DNA from: Dictyostelium discoideum
Taxonomy: Eukaryota
Direction of reading: 5' to 3'
Length of the DNA: 64,000 nt
NCBI GenBank assembly: GCA_000004695.1
Contig: CM000152.2
Location: 736,001-800,000, forward strand
Positions 10,843 to 25,003 of the stretch are shown here, one piece after another. Position 1 is the first letter of the stretch. Each line of letters opens with the position of its first letter. The notes under the pieces are model-generated. The model had not been told where the DNA came from, ran no database searches, and saw nothing but the letters and a program-made list of their open reading frames with translations. Position numbers and translations under genes: made by a program.

Positions 10843-13666
10843 TATAAAAAATTATTATTATTAATATATATATTTTTAATTTTTTAGGCATGTATTTTAT
10901 TTAATCAAGGTAATTATATTAAAGCATTGGATACATATCAAAAAGTTATACAACAAAATTCAAATTGTTTACCATCGGTTAGATTGGGATTAGGATATTG
11001 TTATTTTAAATTGGGTAGAACCAAGAAAGCGAAGGAAGCATTCAAGAGAGTATTAGAATTGGATAGAGATAATGTTGAAGCTATGATTGGTTTAGCATTG
11101 GTATTGATGAATGAGAATCAAATACCAGAAGCAATGAAATTGATTTTATCCGCTTACCAATTAGCACCAACCAATTCAATTGTATTGAATCATTTAGCAA
11201 ATCATTATTTCTTTAGAGGTGAATATAATAAAGTGAACACATTGGGTGTTGCCGCATTCAATAATACCGATGTGGCTCATATTAAAGCCGAGTCTGCATA
11301 TCTCATTGGTAGAGCATTTCATGCAACTCAACGTTGGCAAGATGCAATTCAATATTATCATCAAGCAGTTCAAAAGAATCCTGATCTTTATTTGGCTCAA
11401 TTTGGTCTCGGTCAAATTCATATTCATAATGAAGATTATGATAAAGCAATATTATGTTTTGAACAAGTTTTATCAAAACAACCAAATAATTATGAAACAC
11501 TTCAAATTTTAGGTTCATTATATAAACATGGTTCATTATATAAATCAAATGTTAAATCAACTACTACCACTACATCAACAACAACAACAACAAATAATAA
11601 TATTAATATTAATAATAATAATAATTTATCAAATGAAATTATAAATAAAATTAAAAATGTATTAAAGAAAGCAACAGAATTAAATCCAAATGATTCAAGT
11701 AATTGGTTTGAATTAGGACAAGTATTAGAATCAACAGAAGTTTCAACAGCATTGGAAGCTTATGAAAAAGGTTTAAATCTTTTAAAGAAGGATGGTATTG
11801 TACCATCATTAGAGATTCAAAATAATATTGCAGTACTTAGACATCAAAAAGGTTTGTTGGTAGAAGCAGAGCAAACCTATTTAGATATTATTAAACAATC
11901 TGGTTATCAATTGAATCAATTCAAATCGATTAATATCACCTCAACCTATAATTTAGCACGTCTTTATGAGACTATGGGTCAAGTTAATAAGGCTGAAGAG
12001 TTATATAAAGGTATCATCAAGGAGCATCCAAACTATTATGATTGTTACTTACGTCTAAGTTGTATTTGTAAACAACAAGGTGACTACTATGAAGCTGGTG
12101 AATGGATTAGAGAGGTGTTGGATATCCAACCTGACAACCAAGAGGCATGGGCACTCTATGGTAATCTCCATCTTTACAAAGAGGAGTGGTATCCTGCTCA
12201 AAAGAATTTCGAACAAATCACAGAGAACCCTGACAACAAGAATGAAACCTATGCAAGTTTATCATTGGGTAACATCTATTACAATGCTAAATTCTCGAAT
12301 CCTGACAAGGTTGAAAAATACATTCTCAACGCTGAACAATTCTATAATCGTGTACTCACAAAGAATCCAACCAATATTTACGCAGCAAATGGTATCGGTA
12401 TGATTATTGCCGAGAAGGGTAATTTGAATTTAGCCGGTGAAACATTCCTTCAAATTCGTGAAGCCTCAATGGATTGTATACCGGTTTCTGTGAATTTAGC
12501 TCATATTTACGTCTCAAAGGGTCTCTTTGATAATGCCATTAAATTGTATGAGGGTTGTCTAAAGAAGAGTACTTCACCCAAAGAGATTGAAACCATCATT
12601 ATGTATTTGGCAAAGGTTTATTTCGATGCAAATCGTTTCTATGATTCAAAACAAACCTTAAAGAAAGCAATTCATATGTATCCTCATAATTTATCAATTC
12701 ATTTCAATTTAGCCATCTCCATTGAAATGCAAGCTACAATCTTTTTAGAGAAACATCAAAAGAATGCCACTGAAACTTTTAATATCATTAAAGAGTTGGA
12801 GTTTGCTCAAAGATTACTCACTCCATTGGCAAATACAAAATCAACTCCAAAATTAAATTTCAGTCCTTCAAAAGCTAAAACTCATCAAACTTCAATCGAA
12901 AAGATCTTGGTTTCTTTACGTACCGAGCATGAATCTATCGTAAAGATTGAAGCTGATCTATCAAAGAAAAGAGAGGCTGCCTTTGAAGAGGTTAAGAGAT
13001 TAGAAGAGGAAAAGAGAATCCGTGATCTTGAATTAAAACAACAATTAGAGGAGAAATTAGAAGCTGAAAGAAAATTAGCCTTTGAGGAAGAAGAGAAAAC
13101 TCGTGAAGAATTAGCAAAGAATAATGCCGCTGCTGCAATGATTGATGATGATTACAAAGATGGTGAAGGTGGTTCAACTAAAAAGAGAAAGAAAAATAAA
13201 AAAGATCAACAACAACAAGATGATGACTTTGATGATCAACCAGCTGAGTCAAAGAAAAAACAAAAGAAAGAAAAGAAAGAAAAGAAGGAAAAGAAAGAAA
13301 AGAAAGAAAAGAAAAAGAAATCTAAGAAAGTTAGTGGTGAAGGTGAAGAGGGTGCTGATGATAATAATGATACTGAACAACAACAAGAAGAAATGGCTGA
13401 AGATGGTGATCATAAAGAGAAAAAGAAGAAAAAGAAGAGTAAAAAAGATAGAAAAGATAAAAAAGATAAAAAACAAAAGAGAAAAGAAAAGAAACAAAGA
13501 GAAAAAGAAGAAAGAGAAGGTGAGGAAGATGATGAAAATGAAGAAACTGAAAATAGAGAAGAACAAGATGATGATAATACTGAAAAAGTTGATCAAGAAA
13601 TGCAAGATGCGAAAGAAGCTGAAAAACAAAAAGAAGTTGAAGACTTTTTTGGTAGTGAAAATGAAA

Positions 13667-13671
<5 letters not shown>
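10082..13671 (+). CDS. ctr9: CTR9 homologue, the Paf1-complex TPR-repeat subunit, ~1106 aa, three exons: 10082..10240, 10375..10752, 10888..13671.
   Basis: The product aligns to human CTR9 along its whole length. Examples: exon 1 ...LDLWLKLA with exon 2 EYYKQ..., VLNHLANHYFF, TTSYNLARLYE, EHPNYYDCYLRL, and GNLHL.KEEW. GTAAGT donors sit at 10241 and 10753, with acceptors ..CAATAG and ..TTTTTAG. Intron 1 holds a (GT)11 run and intron 2 an (AAT)n microsatellite. The C-terminus is a K/E-rich low-complexity tail with (KEKKE)n. Confidence 0.9.
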
Positions 13672-13701
<30 letters not shown>

Positions 13702-13796
13702 AAGAATTAACAAAACAAAACAATAAAAAAAAAAAAAAAATTTGATTATAAAATTTAATTTATAAATGATTTTATTAATACAATAATATAATTATT

Positions 13797-16376
13797 TTAT
13801 TTTTCATCAAACCAATGAAATAAATTAGTAATATCTATTATATTTTTTTTAAAATTAATTTCTTTAAGGATATAATTGATTACTTCAATAGTTCCATTCC
13901 TTGTTAATAGTAATGAAATGTTATTTGGGTAAGATTCTAAATTTGAAAAGAATGTTTTATAATTTTCATTAATAAATTTCAAAGCTTCCAAATCATTATA
14001 TTTTATAATATAACCAATCAATAATGATTTAAAATTTAAAATATTTTTTTCTGAGGAATGTTCTTGAAAAATATTGAATAAAAAATTTATTATAAATTTT
14101 AAACCTTCAATATCATGATACTTTACCACACTCTTGATTATATTGAAACCATTAAATGTAAATAATTTTATCAACATATTTTCTGAAAAAGCAATAATTG
14201 GATTATATAATAATAGTGATAGTTGATCACTGTAATAATAGTATTCCAATAATATTAAATTGTCTGATATAATAAGTTTACCAGAATCGATATCTTCTTT
14301 TCTATTTTCAAAAATCCATGCTAAAAATTCCAAGTTATCTTTGTATGAATATTGCTGATCATTTAGTTTAATTTCTAAAATTTTTAAAAATCTATCAAGT
14401 GTAATCAATTTATCCTCTCTTAAATTTGAAAAACCTTCTTTTTCAAATTGAATTCCCCAATAATTTAATGGGATGAAATTTTTAAAATCTTGTAGATTAT
14501 TAATTACAAATTTTGAAAACCAAAAACCTACATTCTTTTCAATGGGTGTAGGTAGATGATGACAACATTGATAATAGTCATTTGGGTATTTTAGTTTAAA
14601 ATGATTTAAAATATTTGTAGTGTCATAAGTTTTTTTAATTGAACTTTTTGAGTTCTTCAATAAATTTACAAAATTAAATGTTTCTTTTAATTGTTCACAT
14701 TGATAAAGTAAATCAAAAACGTTTGTATCTTGAATGAAAACTAAAGCATTGCCACAAATATTTAAAAATTCTTTGTAAATAGGGCCAATATTGATTGAGT
14801 GAACTATCATTTTTAATAACTCTATGTCACCATATGAAATTAGAGTTTCAAATATAACTTTAATACCTAGACCTTTTAAAGAATTACCTTGAGCAAATGG
14901 TAATAATGATGGTTGTTTATTATTATTATAATTAATATTATTATTATTATCATAACTATGAGTGATATCATTGATAAAAAGTTGAACAAATTCTTTTTTA
15001 ATAGTTGAATTACTTTTACAAAATTTAAATAAATTAATAGTTTGATGATGGATATTGGGTGAAGCTGGCCAATTATTTGAAACGAAGAGTTTATATGAAC
15101 CACAATTCAAAGCTAAATCATTTAAATACCTTTTATCCACATCTTTAAAGTCATTATTATATTTTGCTTTGTAAAGAGTTAAATTTTTACTTTTACCATG
15201 TCTACTAAATTCAATAACTAACTGTACCATATTTTTGATATCTTTTCTATTTATTTCAAAATCTTCAAATTGAGTTTTTAAATCCTGTTCATTGAATTTT
15301 TTTGAAATTTCATTTAATTCATTTTTAGATAAAATGCTAAATTTATCATTTTCTTCATTTGTAGTATCAAATGAATAAAACTCTTTTACCTCGATAATGG
15401 TTGAAATAAAATAAATTAAATAACAAACATCTAAAAAGAATTGAAGTGGCTTCATCTCAATTGAACAATCAAAAGTTGGAATAACTGATGTTGGTGGTCT
15501 TTGATTGTATATATTTGATATGTTTTGTTCTATAACTAAGTTTGATAAAAGTTTAAGGGATTTGATTTTATAGAAAGAAATAACTAAATCTGGAAAAAAA
15601 AATTTGTATCCATATGATTTATTTTGAAAACCAATTTCACGAAATATTGGTTCTGAAATTGGTGAATAAGGACATAAAACAAAATGTTCTGAAACTATTG
15701 TTAAAACATCTTGATAAATTAATTTGAATTTGAATTTGTTTGATAAATAGTTTGATATTTCAACTGAACCATATTTAATTGATAATAGATAATGATCAAA
15801 ATTAAAAATAACTTTATTTTTATAATTTTCATTCTTATCAACATCATCATCATCATAATCATCATTACCTCTATCTTCCCTTGTATTATCTTTATTCATC
15901 AATTGATGATAATAATTAAATTCTATTTCTAGTAAAGCAACTAAACAATCCATAATAATTATTGAATCAATTGTCATCTTCAATGTTAATGGTTTCTCAG
16001 TGAAATAAATTGAATAATTTTTAAAAAGATTATTATAAAATTCTTTATCAATAGTTTTATCCTTAAAGTAATTGAAAATTACTATACCTGGATTCTTTGC
16101 AAATAATAAATTTTTTTCTCGATTTTTTATTTTATCTCTTAAAAGTTCTTTATTATAAATGGCTAATTTATCAACATCTTTTCTTCCATAGTAATTATAT
16201 CTCTTATTTTCATTTTCTCGTTTTGAAATATCTTTAGATAATGTATATCTTTTACCCCTATATTTTGGTAATAAATCTTGGGTCCCTTTTAATTTTAAAA
16301 ACGAAATAATATTATTTCTTATATAAATATTACCCCAAATTTCTCTATAAAATATATTATCACTATTTCTTTTCAT
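13797..16376 (-). CDS. Orphan N/K/I-rich 859-aa protein with no recognised domain, single exon.
   Basis: A long uninterrupted ORF starts at the ATG at 16376, preceded on the coding strand by an A-run. It converges on ctr9 with only ~125 bp between the two stop codons. The N-terminal motif NIFYREIWGNIYIRNNIISFL loosely resembles the decayed fragment at 28.2 kb. Confidence 0.6.
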   Translation of the reverse strand: MKRNSDNIFYREIWGNIYIRNNIISFLKLKGTQDLLPKYRGKRYTLSKDISKRENENKRYNYYGRKDVDKLAIYNKELLRDKIKNREKNLLFAKNPGIVIFNYFKDKTIDKEFYNNLFKNYSIYFTEKPLTLKMTIDSIIIMDCLVALLEIEFNYYHQLMNKDNTREDRGNDDYDDDDVDKNENYKNKVIFNFDHYLLSIKYGSVEISNYLSNKFKFKLIYQDVLTIVSEHFVLCPYSPISEPIFREIGFQNKSYGYKFFFPDLVISFYKIKSLKLLSNLVIEQNISNIYNQRPPTSVIPTFDCSIEMKPLQFFLDVCYLIYFISTIIEVKEFYSFDTTNEENDKFSILSKNELNEISKKFNEQDLKTQFEDFEINRKDIKNMVQLVIEFSRHGKSKNLTLYKAKYNNDFKDVDKRYLNDLALNCGSYKLFVSNNWPASPNIHHQTINLFKFCKSNSTIKKEFVQLFINDITHSYDNNNNINYNNNKQPSLLPFAQGNSLKGLGIKVIFETLISYGDIELLKMIVHSINIGPIYKEFLNICGNALVFIQDTNVFDLLYQCEQLKETFNFVNLLKNSKSSIKKTYDTTNILNHFKLKYPNDYYQCCHHLPTPIEKNVGFWFSKFVINNLQDFKNFIPLNYWGIQFEKEGFSNLREDKLITLDRFLKILEIKLNDQQYSYKDNLEFLAWIFENRKEDIDSGKLIISDNLILLEYYYYSDQLSLLLYNPIIAFSENMLIKLFTFNGFNIIKSVVKYHDIEGLKFIINFLFNIFQEHSSEKNILNFKSLLIGYIIKYNDLEALKFINENYKTFFSNLESYPNNISLLLTRNGTIEVINYILKEINFKKNIIDITNLFHWFDEK

Positions 16377-16444
16377 TTTTTTTTTTTTTTTTTGATTTAA
16401 AAAAAAAAAAAAAAAAAAAAATCTTATTTTATTTTATTTTAATT

Positions 16445-16475
<31 letters not shown>

Positions 16476-17134
16476 TATTTCCTTGTCATTGTTTTAAAAT
16501 AAAAAAATTACAAAAAAATGGATGATAAATTTAATTCCATATAAACTTTCTTTCTTTTTCAATTTTTGAAATCATTTTGTTTATTTTTTAGTTTTCTTTT
16601 TATCCACACCAGATTCACAAAAAACAAATAAAATTAAAAAAAAAAAAAATTAAAATAAAATAAAAAAATGAAATAAAAAAGAAACTAAAGAAAACTGTAA
16701 TCATTTTTCCTTCAAAACTATAATCATTTTTCTCTACAAATAATAGTTTGAAAAATATAATTTTGATATTTGGTCAGAATTTTGATTAAATTGATTTTTT
16801 GTAATGGTAATAAATTCCAAAAGAATTTCAGAAATCTTAATTGATCCCTATAAATATGGAGTAAATGTGTTGATTGGATACAATAAAGAACAAATTATTT
16901 TTTTAAAAGAATAATGATTAATTTCTTTTTTTTTTTTTTTTCTTTTTTTTTATTTTATTTTTTTGTTTTATTTTAATTTTTTTTTTTGGAAGGAAAAAAA
17001 AAAAAAAGGTTTAATTAAAAAAATGATGATTTATATATGTTATTTATTAAAAAAATTTGATTTATATTTTTTAAAAAAAAAACAAGGTGAATGAATGAAT
17101 TAATAAATGTTAGTGATAAAAAAAAAAAAAAAGA

Positions 17135-18301
17135 TTAAGATTTTAAAGATCTTGCAATTTTTGCGATTTTAACAATTAAATCTTTTTCAGGTATTTTATC
17201 AGTTGAAGAGACGGTAATATCTAGAATTGGAACTCTATAGTTATTATGACTTGGTAATAATTGTAGCATGAGATAGAAAAGACCATCCAAAGCGGATTCA
17301 CCAACAATGACAGCGGCATCTCTAAATTGGACTACTTTATTGTAAGTTTCACCATCGAAATTGGAAGGATGTGGAGAAGGACAAGTTTGTAAATGTTTGC
17401 CATTGGTATTGAATTTCTTTGAAGCATCGTGAATAGTTTCCCAACCCAATTTCAAATGTTCGATACATTGTAACTCTACATCCTTTTTAAAGTTTCTAAT
17501 TTTTTGACCCAATTCAATGCAATCCTTGAGCTCTTTAATCTCAGAGAAAGATTTAATTGAATCCAAGAAAGAGTAATATAAAACCTTTAAACATTTCAAA
17601 GTACGACTACGTAATTCAATCAGTTTAGTTAAATCCTCGGTATCTCTTTCCATCATTGTTATTTCAAATGTTGATGGTGATGATGAAAATAGATCACCTG
17701 GTGATGATGAAAGATTTAAATGATTATTCTTAATTTCAAATGATGATGCTGCTCTAATTGGTAATGGTCTATGACTATGTTGATTACCACCAATTGGTAA
17801 TTGTGGTGTAGATGATGATGATGTTGAACTTGAAATTGGTTTTGGTCTAGTTGGTGTTGTTATATTTAAATTAGATGATGATGAATTTGCTGTACTACTA
17901 TTTGGTATTATTACATTTCTAGATGGTGTATTTTGTTGTTGTTGTTGTTGTTGTTGTTGTGATTGTTGTTGTTTTGAAATTAATTGTGACATTTGTGAAA
18001 TTGATGATGAAACTGATGGATTTGATGTTGAAATAATTGAACCATTTAAATTATTACTGCTATTACTTGTTGGTAAAACTGGTAAAGGTCTATGACTATT
18101 ATATTTTTCTGGTGATGTTGCCTCTATATTATTATTATTATTATTATTACTATTTACATTATTATTTTCAATTGAAATTGGTTTTATAAATGATGAACCT
18201 GAAATTGTAACTGATCTTGATGGTACTGCACCACTCTTTTGTGTATCACTTAATGTAAGATCTGTCATTGCTCTACTTGTTTTTACTAATGTTTCATTTG
18301 A

Positions 18302-18357
<56 letters not shown>

Positions 18358-18632
18358 ATGTACTATCATTACTTGATGATAAAAAAGTTCTTAAAGGTAC
18401 AATTGGTTTAGAAGTTGGTGAAGTTGAAACTATATTTAAATTTGATTGTGTTGGAGTTGGTGGTTGATTTGGTGTTGATGATGACATTGTTAATGAAGAA
18501 TTTGAAGGTGATGATGAAAGTTGTTTATCTAATTGATTTTGTTGATATTGTTGTAAAAGTGAAGATGGTAATGAAAATGGTGGAATTGGTACGCCTGTAG
18601 CTTTTCTTGGTGTAGTTGGTGGTGATGGTGAC

Positions 18633-18680
<48 letters not shown>

Positions 18681-18903
18681 TGATGAGAACTTAAAACTGG
18701 TGCAGGTTGTTGATATTGTTGTTGTTGTTGTAATCTTGAGAATAAAAACGATCCACTATGTTTTAATGGTGGAGTTGTTTTACCTGGTGATGATGGCATT
18801 AATGATCCTGAACTAACATTATTTGCTGATTGTATTATTAAATTACTATTATTACTATTATTATTACTATTATTACTATTATAATTATTATTAATATTAT
18901 TAA

Positions 18904-18938
<35 letters not shown>

Positions 18939-20351
18939 GTATTAATTGGTGAAGTTGATGTTGAACTTGAACCAGAACTAGAACCATTATTATTAATAGT
19001 AGAAGGTGAAGATGATATTAAAGAAGAAGAAGAATCAATTGAAGATTGTACATTAAATAATGAATCAGTCATTGCATCTAAAAACTGTTCGATATTTTCA
19101 AAGTTTGGTCTTTTTGTATGATCACGATGAAAACAAGCTTCAATGATTTTTCTAAGATCACCTTCAATTTCTGGAGGGATCATTGGTGGTAAACCTTCCT
19201 CACGAACACGTGCCAATTCGAGGTAACCCAATTGATCATACTCTTGATAGGGTCTTTTATTAGTGAGAATTTCAATTAAACAAGCACCATAACTCCAAAC
19301 ATCAGCTGCTCTTGAGAACTTTTTCTGTGTGAAAACTTCTGGTGACATGTAAAGGAATGAACCTTCAACCGTTGGACCATAGAAAGAACGTGATGATGAT
19401 GTGGCCAACCCGAAATCTGCCAATTTAATTGAGACGGGCGCTTCTGGTGAGATAGAGACCACTAAAAAGTTTTGAGGCTTTAAATCCAAATGCAAAATCT
19501 CGTTTCTATGTAGAAAGCACATACCCTTTGCGATATCATTTGCCATCTTCAAACGGAGTTGTGGCGAGAAGGTGTAGTTTGGATTGTGGAGGTATTTATC
19601 CAAACTTCCACCCTCGATATACTCCAACACCAAACATTTGGGTGAAACGCAAAAACCAACAAAATGTACAATATTTGGATGATGTAATAACTCTTTATGC
19701 ATTTCCAACTCCTTTTCAAACTCACTACCATCAGAGAGTTCCGAGATGACTTTGACTGCCACTGAAAGACCCCTCCATTTTGCTTTGTAGATTGCACCGT
19801 ATCCACCGCCACCAATAACATTACCAATTTCCAACTCTTTGTAATCTAAAACCTGTGACATCTTTGAATCGATCTTTATCGTGAACAAATGTCTGCCACT
19901 ATTGGCAATATCCACTGCTATCAATTCTCTAACCCTTGTTGTGCATAAAACTACCATCTCTACCAATATCTCTACAGATTGTCCTTTCTTTATAACACCA
20001 CCACTTGGTGTAAATGTTAACTTTATATTTGGTGAATGAACTGGAATATTACAAAAATTAAATGTTGTTTTACCACTACCTGTTGAATTTATCTTTATCT
20101 TATCTTTTAATGTTACTCCAACTTTACATTTCTCTCCTTCTTTTAAATTAAAATCAAAATGATATTTTGAAAATTGAACTGAATATTTTGGTTGATCTTC
20201 ATCTAAAAATAATAATAATAATAAAATAAAAATAATAATAAAATAAAATAAAATAAAATAAAATAAAATAAAATAAAATAAAATAAAATAAAATAAAATA
20301 AAATAAAATAAAATAAAATAAAATAAAATAAAATAAAGGGATTAATATTAT

Positions 20352-20382
<31 letters not shown>

Positions 20383-21040
20383 GAAAAAAATGAAAGCACA
20401 TACTTGGAAAAATTGAGTGTCTCGCTCTATATTGTGATTTTGTTCTATCTTCAATAGTTTGTTCAAAAAATAATGTTTTCAATGATTCAATTTGTTTTCC
20501 TTCAATTATCCCACTGCAACCCCTATTAGATTTTGATTTTTGATTTTTTTTTTTTTATTGATTTTTTTGATTTTTTTTTTTTTATTGATTTTTTTGATTT
20601 TTTTTTTTGAAATTTTTTTTTTTTTTTTTGATAATTTTTTTTTGGGGGATTTTTATTTTAAAAAAAAAAAAAAACAGTTAAAATTTTTACGATATTGCGA
20701 TATTTTTTTATTTTGGTTTTTGTGATAAAAAAAAAAAAAAGTTTTGTTTGATAATAAAAAATTATGAAAAAAAAATAAAAAATTTATCACGAAAAAGAAA
20801 AAAAATGTGTGGGAATAATTCATATGAAGAAAGATAATAATATGTATAGTTTTATTTTTATTTTATTTAATGAGTGCGAGTGTGTGTGGGTTATCTTGTT
20901 ATTTAAAATGAAAAATAATTAGATTAAAAAAAAAAAAAAACTTACAATTTTAAAAGGTGGTGTAATTCTTCATCACAATCAGTATCTTGATCGATTTCAT
21001 TTGGATTGAACCAATCACCATCAGAACTTGTGTATATCAT
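17135..21040 (-). CDS. Tyrosine-kinase-like (TKL) Ser/Thr protein kinase. An N-terminal beta-sandwich (Ig/MSP-like, tentative) domain is followed by the kinase domain, a long S/N/Q homopolymer linker, and a conserved C-terminal domain. Three exons proposed: 21040..20946, 20522..20404, 20202..17135.
   Basis: The kinase motifs are GGGGYGAIY (glycine-rich loop), [13 protein letters not shown] (catalytic loop with Leu in place of the RD arginine), DFG, and SPE. The reading frame is open upstream of the track ORF (..[51 protein letters not shown]..) up to a TTTTTAG acceptor at 20203-20204. Further upstream, an exon 20522..20404 has a GTATGT donor, and a first exon starting at ATG 21040 ([18 protein letters not shown]..) has a GTAAGT donor. 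Splice phases are mutually consistent (2, then 1). Intron 2 contains (ATTTT)n. Exon 1 is the least certain part. Confidence 0.75.
20221..20336. repeat. (AAAAT)n microsatellite of about 115 bp inside the kinase intron.
   Basis: ATAAAATAAAATAAAAT... was read directly. Confidence 0.9.
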
Positions 21041-21396
21041 TTATATTTGTATATATGTGATTTTATAAAATATATTTTTTTTTTTTCTTTTTGCTTTTTT
21101 TTTTTTTTTTTTTTCTTTTTTTTTTTTTTAATAAATAACGAACTTGATTTGATTAAATAAATAAATAACTATATTATAATGGCTATAATATTTAAAAAAT
21201 AATAAATGTAATGATTTGCGTGCTTTATGAATTTTTAAATATAAAAAATATTATATCTTTTATTGTGATTATTATATGATATTTTTTTTATTATTATTAT
21301 TATTGTTATTTTTTTTTTTTTTTTTTTTCAATTATAAATATGTGTGTATGTGGTGTGGGAGTTATTTGTGTGAAACAAATAATTTGAGAGTATGAG

Positions 21397-21405
<9 letters not shown>

Positions 21406-21455
<50 letters not shown>

Positions 21456-21457
21456 AT
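21406..21457. repeat. (AAAT)n microsatellite, followed nearby by (GT)10 at 21731-21750.
   Basis: Direct reading. Confidence 0.85.
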
Positions 21458-21492
21458 AGTGTTCTATTGCAAAATCTGAGGTGCGAAGTTTG

Positions 21493-21528
<36 letters not shown>

Positions 21529-22300
21529 TTTTTTTTTTTTTTCAATTTTAAAAAAAAATAAAAAAATAAAATAAAATAAAAAATAATTGATAGGGTGTGG
21601 AGTTTTGTGTGAAGTTTTATTCTAATAAAAAGACTTTATTGCAATTTAAAAGGTCAAAAAAATTTTATTAGAACTTTTGAATTCGCTAAAAGTTGTTTAT
21701 TTATGTATGTATGTATGTGGTTTGGTACAGTGTGTGTGTGTGTGTGTGTGTTGGTTGTGGTGGTATATTTAGTTGAAAAAATAATAAAAGTTAAAAATAA
21801 TAATCTATTTTTTGTGTATGAGGACCTTATGTGAACCTTTTTTTTTTTTTTTATTTTTTTTATTTTTTTTATTTTTTTTTAGTTTGATTTTTTTTTTTTT
21901 TGTTATTTCTTTTTTTTTTTATTATTTTATGTCTAATGATATAGTGCAAACCAAGTTAAAAAAATAAAAAAAAAAAAAAAAAAAAATAAAATAAATTTTT
22001 TTTTTTTTTTTTTTTCGAAATTTTGTGGAGAGCGTTAAATAAATTCAATAGTGTTGGTGCCAAAAATATAAAAAAAAAAAAAAAAAAATTTGATAATCGA
22101 GATCCCAATTCCACAAAATACGAATTGCCACTTAAACTCCCCGTCAAAAAAAGAAAAAAAAAGAAAAAAAAACAAAACAAAACCAGAACAATATGTCTAC
22201 AATGCTAAAAAAAAAAAGAAAAAAAAAAAAAAATAAATAAATAAAAAAAAAAATAATAATAATAATAATGATAAAAAAGGAAAAAAAAAATAAATAATAT

Positions 22301-22333
<33 letters not shown>

Positions 22334-22543
22334 TGATCCATTGGTTGTGATAAATTCGTTACAGTGCGTTATGATAAATATAAAACTTCGAGGTTGATTG
22401 TATGGTTTGATGACAAAAAAATATTAGAAAAACTTTTCGAACCACAAGAAGATAATGATTTAATAAAACAATTGGATCAATTGACTCTTATGTAACTTTA
22501 AATAATGTGTAAATAAAAAAAAGACTTATTTTTTTAAGTCAAT

Positions 22544-22743
22544 ACCACTTTTTTTATTTTTTAATTTTTTAATTTTTTAATTTTTTAATTTTTTTAAGTC
22601 AATACCACTTTTTTTATTTTTTTATTTTTTAATTTTTTAATTTTTAAAATTCATAAATCATAGATATAAATAAATTTAAACATGAATAATACAGGTAATC
22701 GTCTCGATTTAAACATGAATAATACAGGTAATCGTCTCGACAT
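22544..22743 (+). repeat. Two adjacent tandem duplications. A ~62-bp unit is repeated twice at 22544-22660. A 33-bp unit is repeated twice at 22678-22743 and spans the start codon of the 180-aa ORF.
   Basis: Direct reading: TTAAGTCAATACCACTTTTTTTATTTTTTAATTTTTTAATTTT.. occurs twice in tandem, and AAACATGAATAATACAGGTAATCGTCTCGA.. occurs twice in tandem. Confidence 0.8.
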
Positions 22744-23224
22744 GGATGGTTCAAGGACTCCAGTAACACGTGGTAAAGCAAAAAAGAATAGCATTAATGC
22801 TTACCTGATAATAATAATCATGCTTTCGTTATTATCAGCTTTCTTAGTCCAACATTCTATGAATTTAAACAAACAACTTCAACAACAAACAACCAAGACA
22901 AATGACTTTGCATACGAGCTTTTAACACTATTGATCTCGAAACACACCAACGACATATCAGGTAACGATAACAATGTTCATAGTGGCAGTGGGGATATTA
23001 ATATACAAAATATGATAGATGAAATTGCAAATGAAAACACGAGAAAGATTTTACTGGATGCAATAAACAGTGGTAATTTATCTGGGTTAAAAGCAGCAAT
23101 TTCAAAAGCCAATGGTCAAGTTAAACACACTGTCGATAAGGCTGTTCATCAAGTTGGAAATGTTGCTAATAAAGCAGGAAAACAATTAGAAAAAGAAGTA
23201 AAGAGATTTTTCAAGAGATTTTAA
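22682..23224 (+). CDS. Predicted small single-pass membrane protein, 180 aa, with atypical codon usage.
   Basis: The ATG lies within a 33-bp in-frame tandem duplication (MNNTGNRLDLN / MNNTGNRLDMD). A hydrophobic helix reads YLIIIIMLSLLSAFLV. Many G/C-ending codons (CTC, GAC, AGG, AGC, CTG, TCG, GTC, ACC, GGC, GGG) are unusual for Dictyostelium nuclear genes. AATAAA motifs lie downstream. Confidence 0.4.
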   Translation: MNNTGNRLDLNMNNTGNRLDMDGSRTPVTRGKAKKNSINAYLIIIIMLSLLSAFLVQHSMNLNKQLQQQTTKTNDFAYELLTLLISKHTNDISGNDNNVHSGSGDINIQNMIDEIANENTRKILLDAINSGNLSGLKAAISKANGQVKHTVDKAVHQVGNVANKAGKQLEKEVKRFFKRF

Positions 23225-23460
23225 AAAGTAATAACAATACAAATAAAAATAATATTAAAACATAAACAGTCTTTGTATTTTGTAACATTAAACTCTTATA
23301 TCAATTGTTGTAGGGAATTTTATTATTTAATTTCACTACAGTAGCGCAGTGAAAAAAAAAATCACTGACCCTAAATTTTTTTTTATTCAAAAAACAAATA
23401 AAGTTTATTATTTTTTTGTTTTTAATTATTAATTCCTATTTTAATGGTTAATTATTATTA

Positions 23461-23513
<53 letters not shown>

Positions 23514-23839
23514 TCTCATTTTTTTCATTTTTGTTTTTCATTTTTTTTTTATTTTCATATTTTCAATTTTAGGACAACAAATTATCAAACAAACATTAAA
23601 GAAATCTAAAACTTCAGAATATTTATCATTTGAAAATAATTTAATTTAAAAGAAATGTGAAGAGTTTATATTATTTGTTATTAATGAATTACCAAAATTA
23701 AAATACTTAATTGGGTATTAATTTCAAAAGATGAAAGAACAAAAGCAGCAAAATTAGATAGTGAAGGTTTCTTTCAAAACAATTCTAAGTGTTACTCCAG
23801 TTGTTATCAATAATAAAAAATAAATAATAATAATAATGT

Positions 23840-25003
<1,164 letters not shown>

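Noticed and set aside
13142-13726. Overlapping track ORFs on both strands (194, 154 and 130 aa) made of K-, F- or L-runs
   Set aside because: They are alternative-frame and antisense readings of the K/E-rich low-complexity tail of ctr9, with no independent coding signal. The same applies to 18415-18816, 40629-41180, 41235-41646, 54542-54939 and 60039-60233 within other genes' homopolymer regions.
22344-22497. Short open frame without ATG (..RLIVWFDDKKILEKLFEPQEDNDLIKQLDQLTLM*)
   Set aside because: It has no start codon or splice acceptor that I can justify. I folded it into the repeat-region finding rather than calling a CDS.
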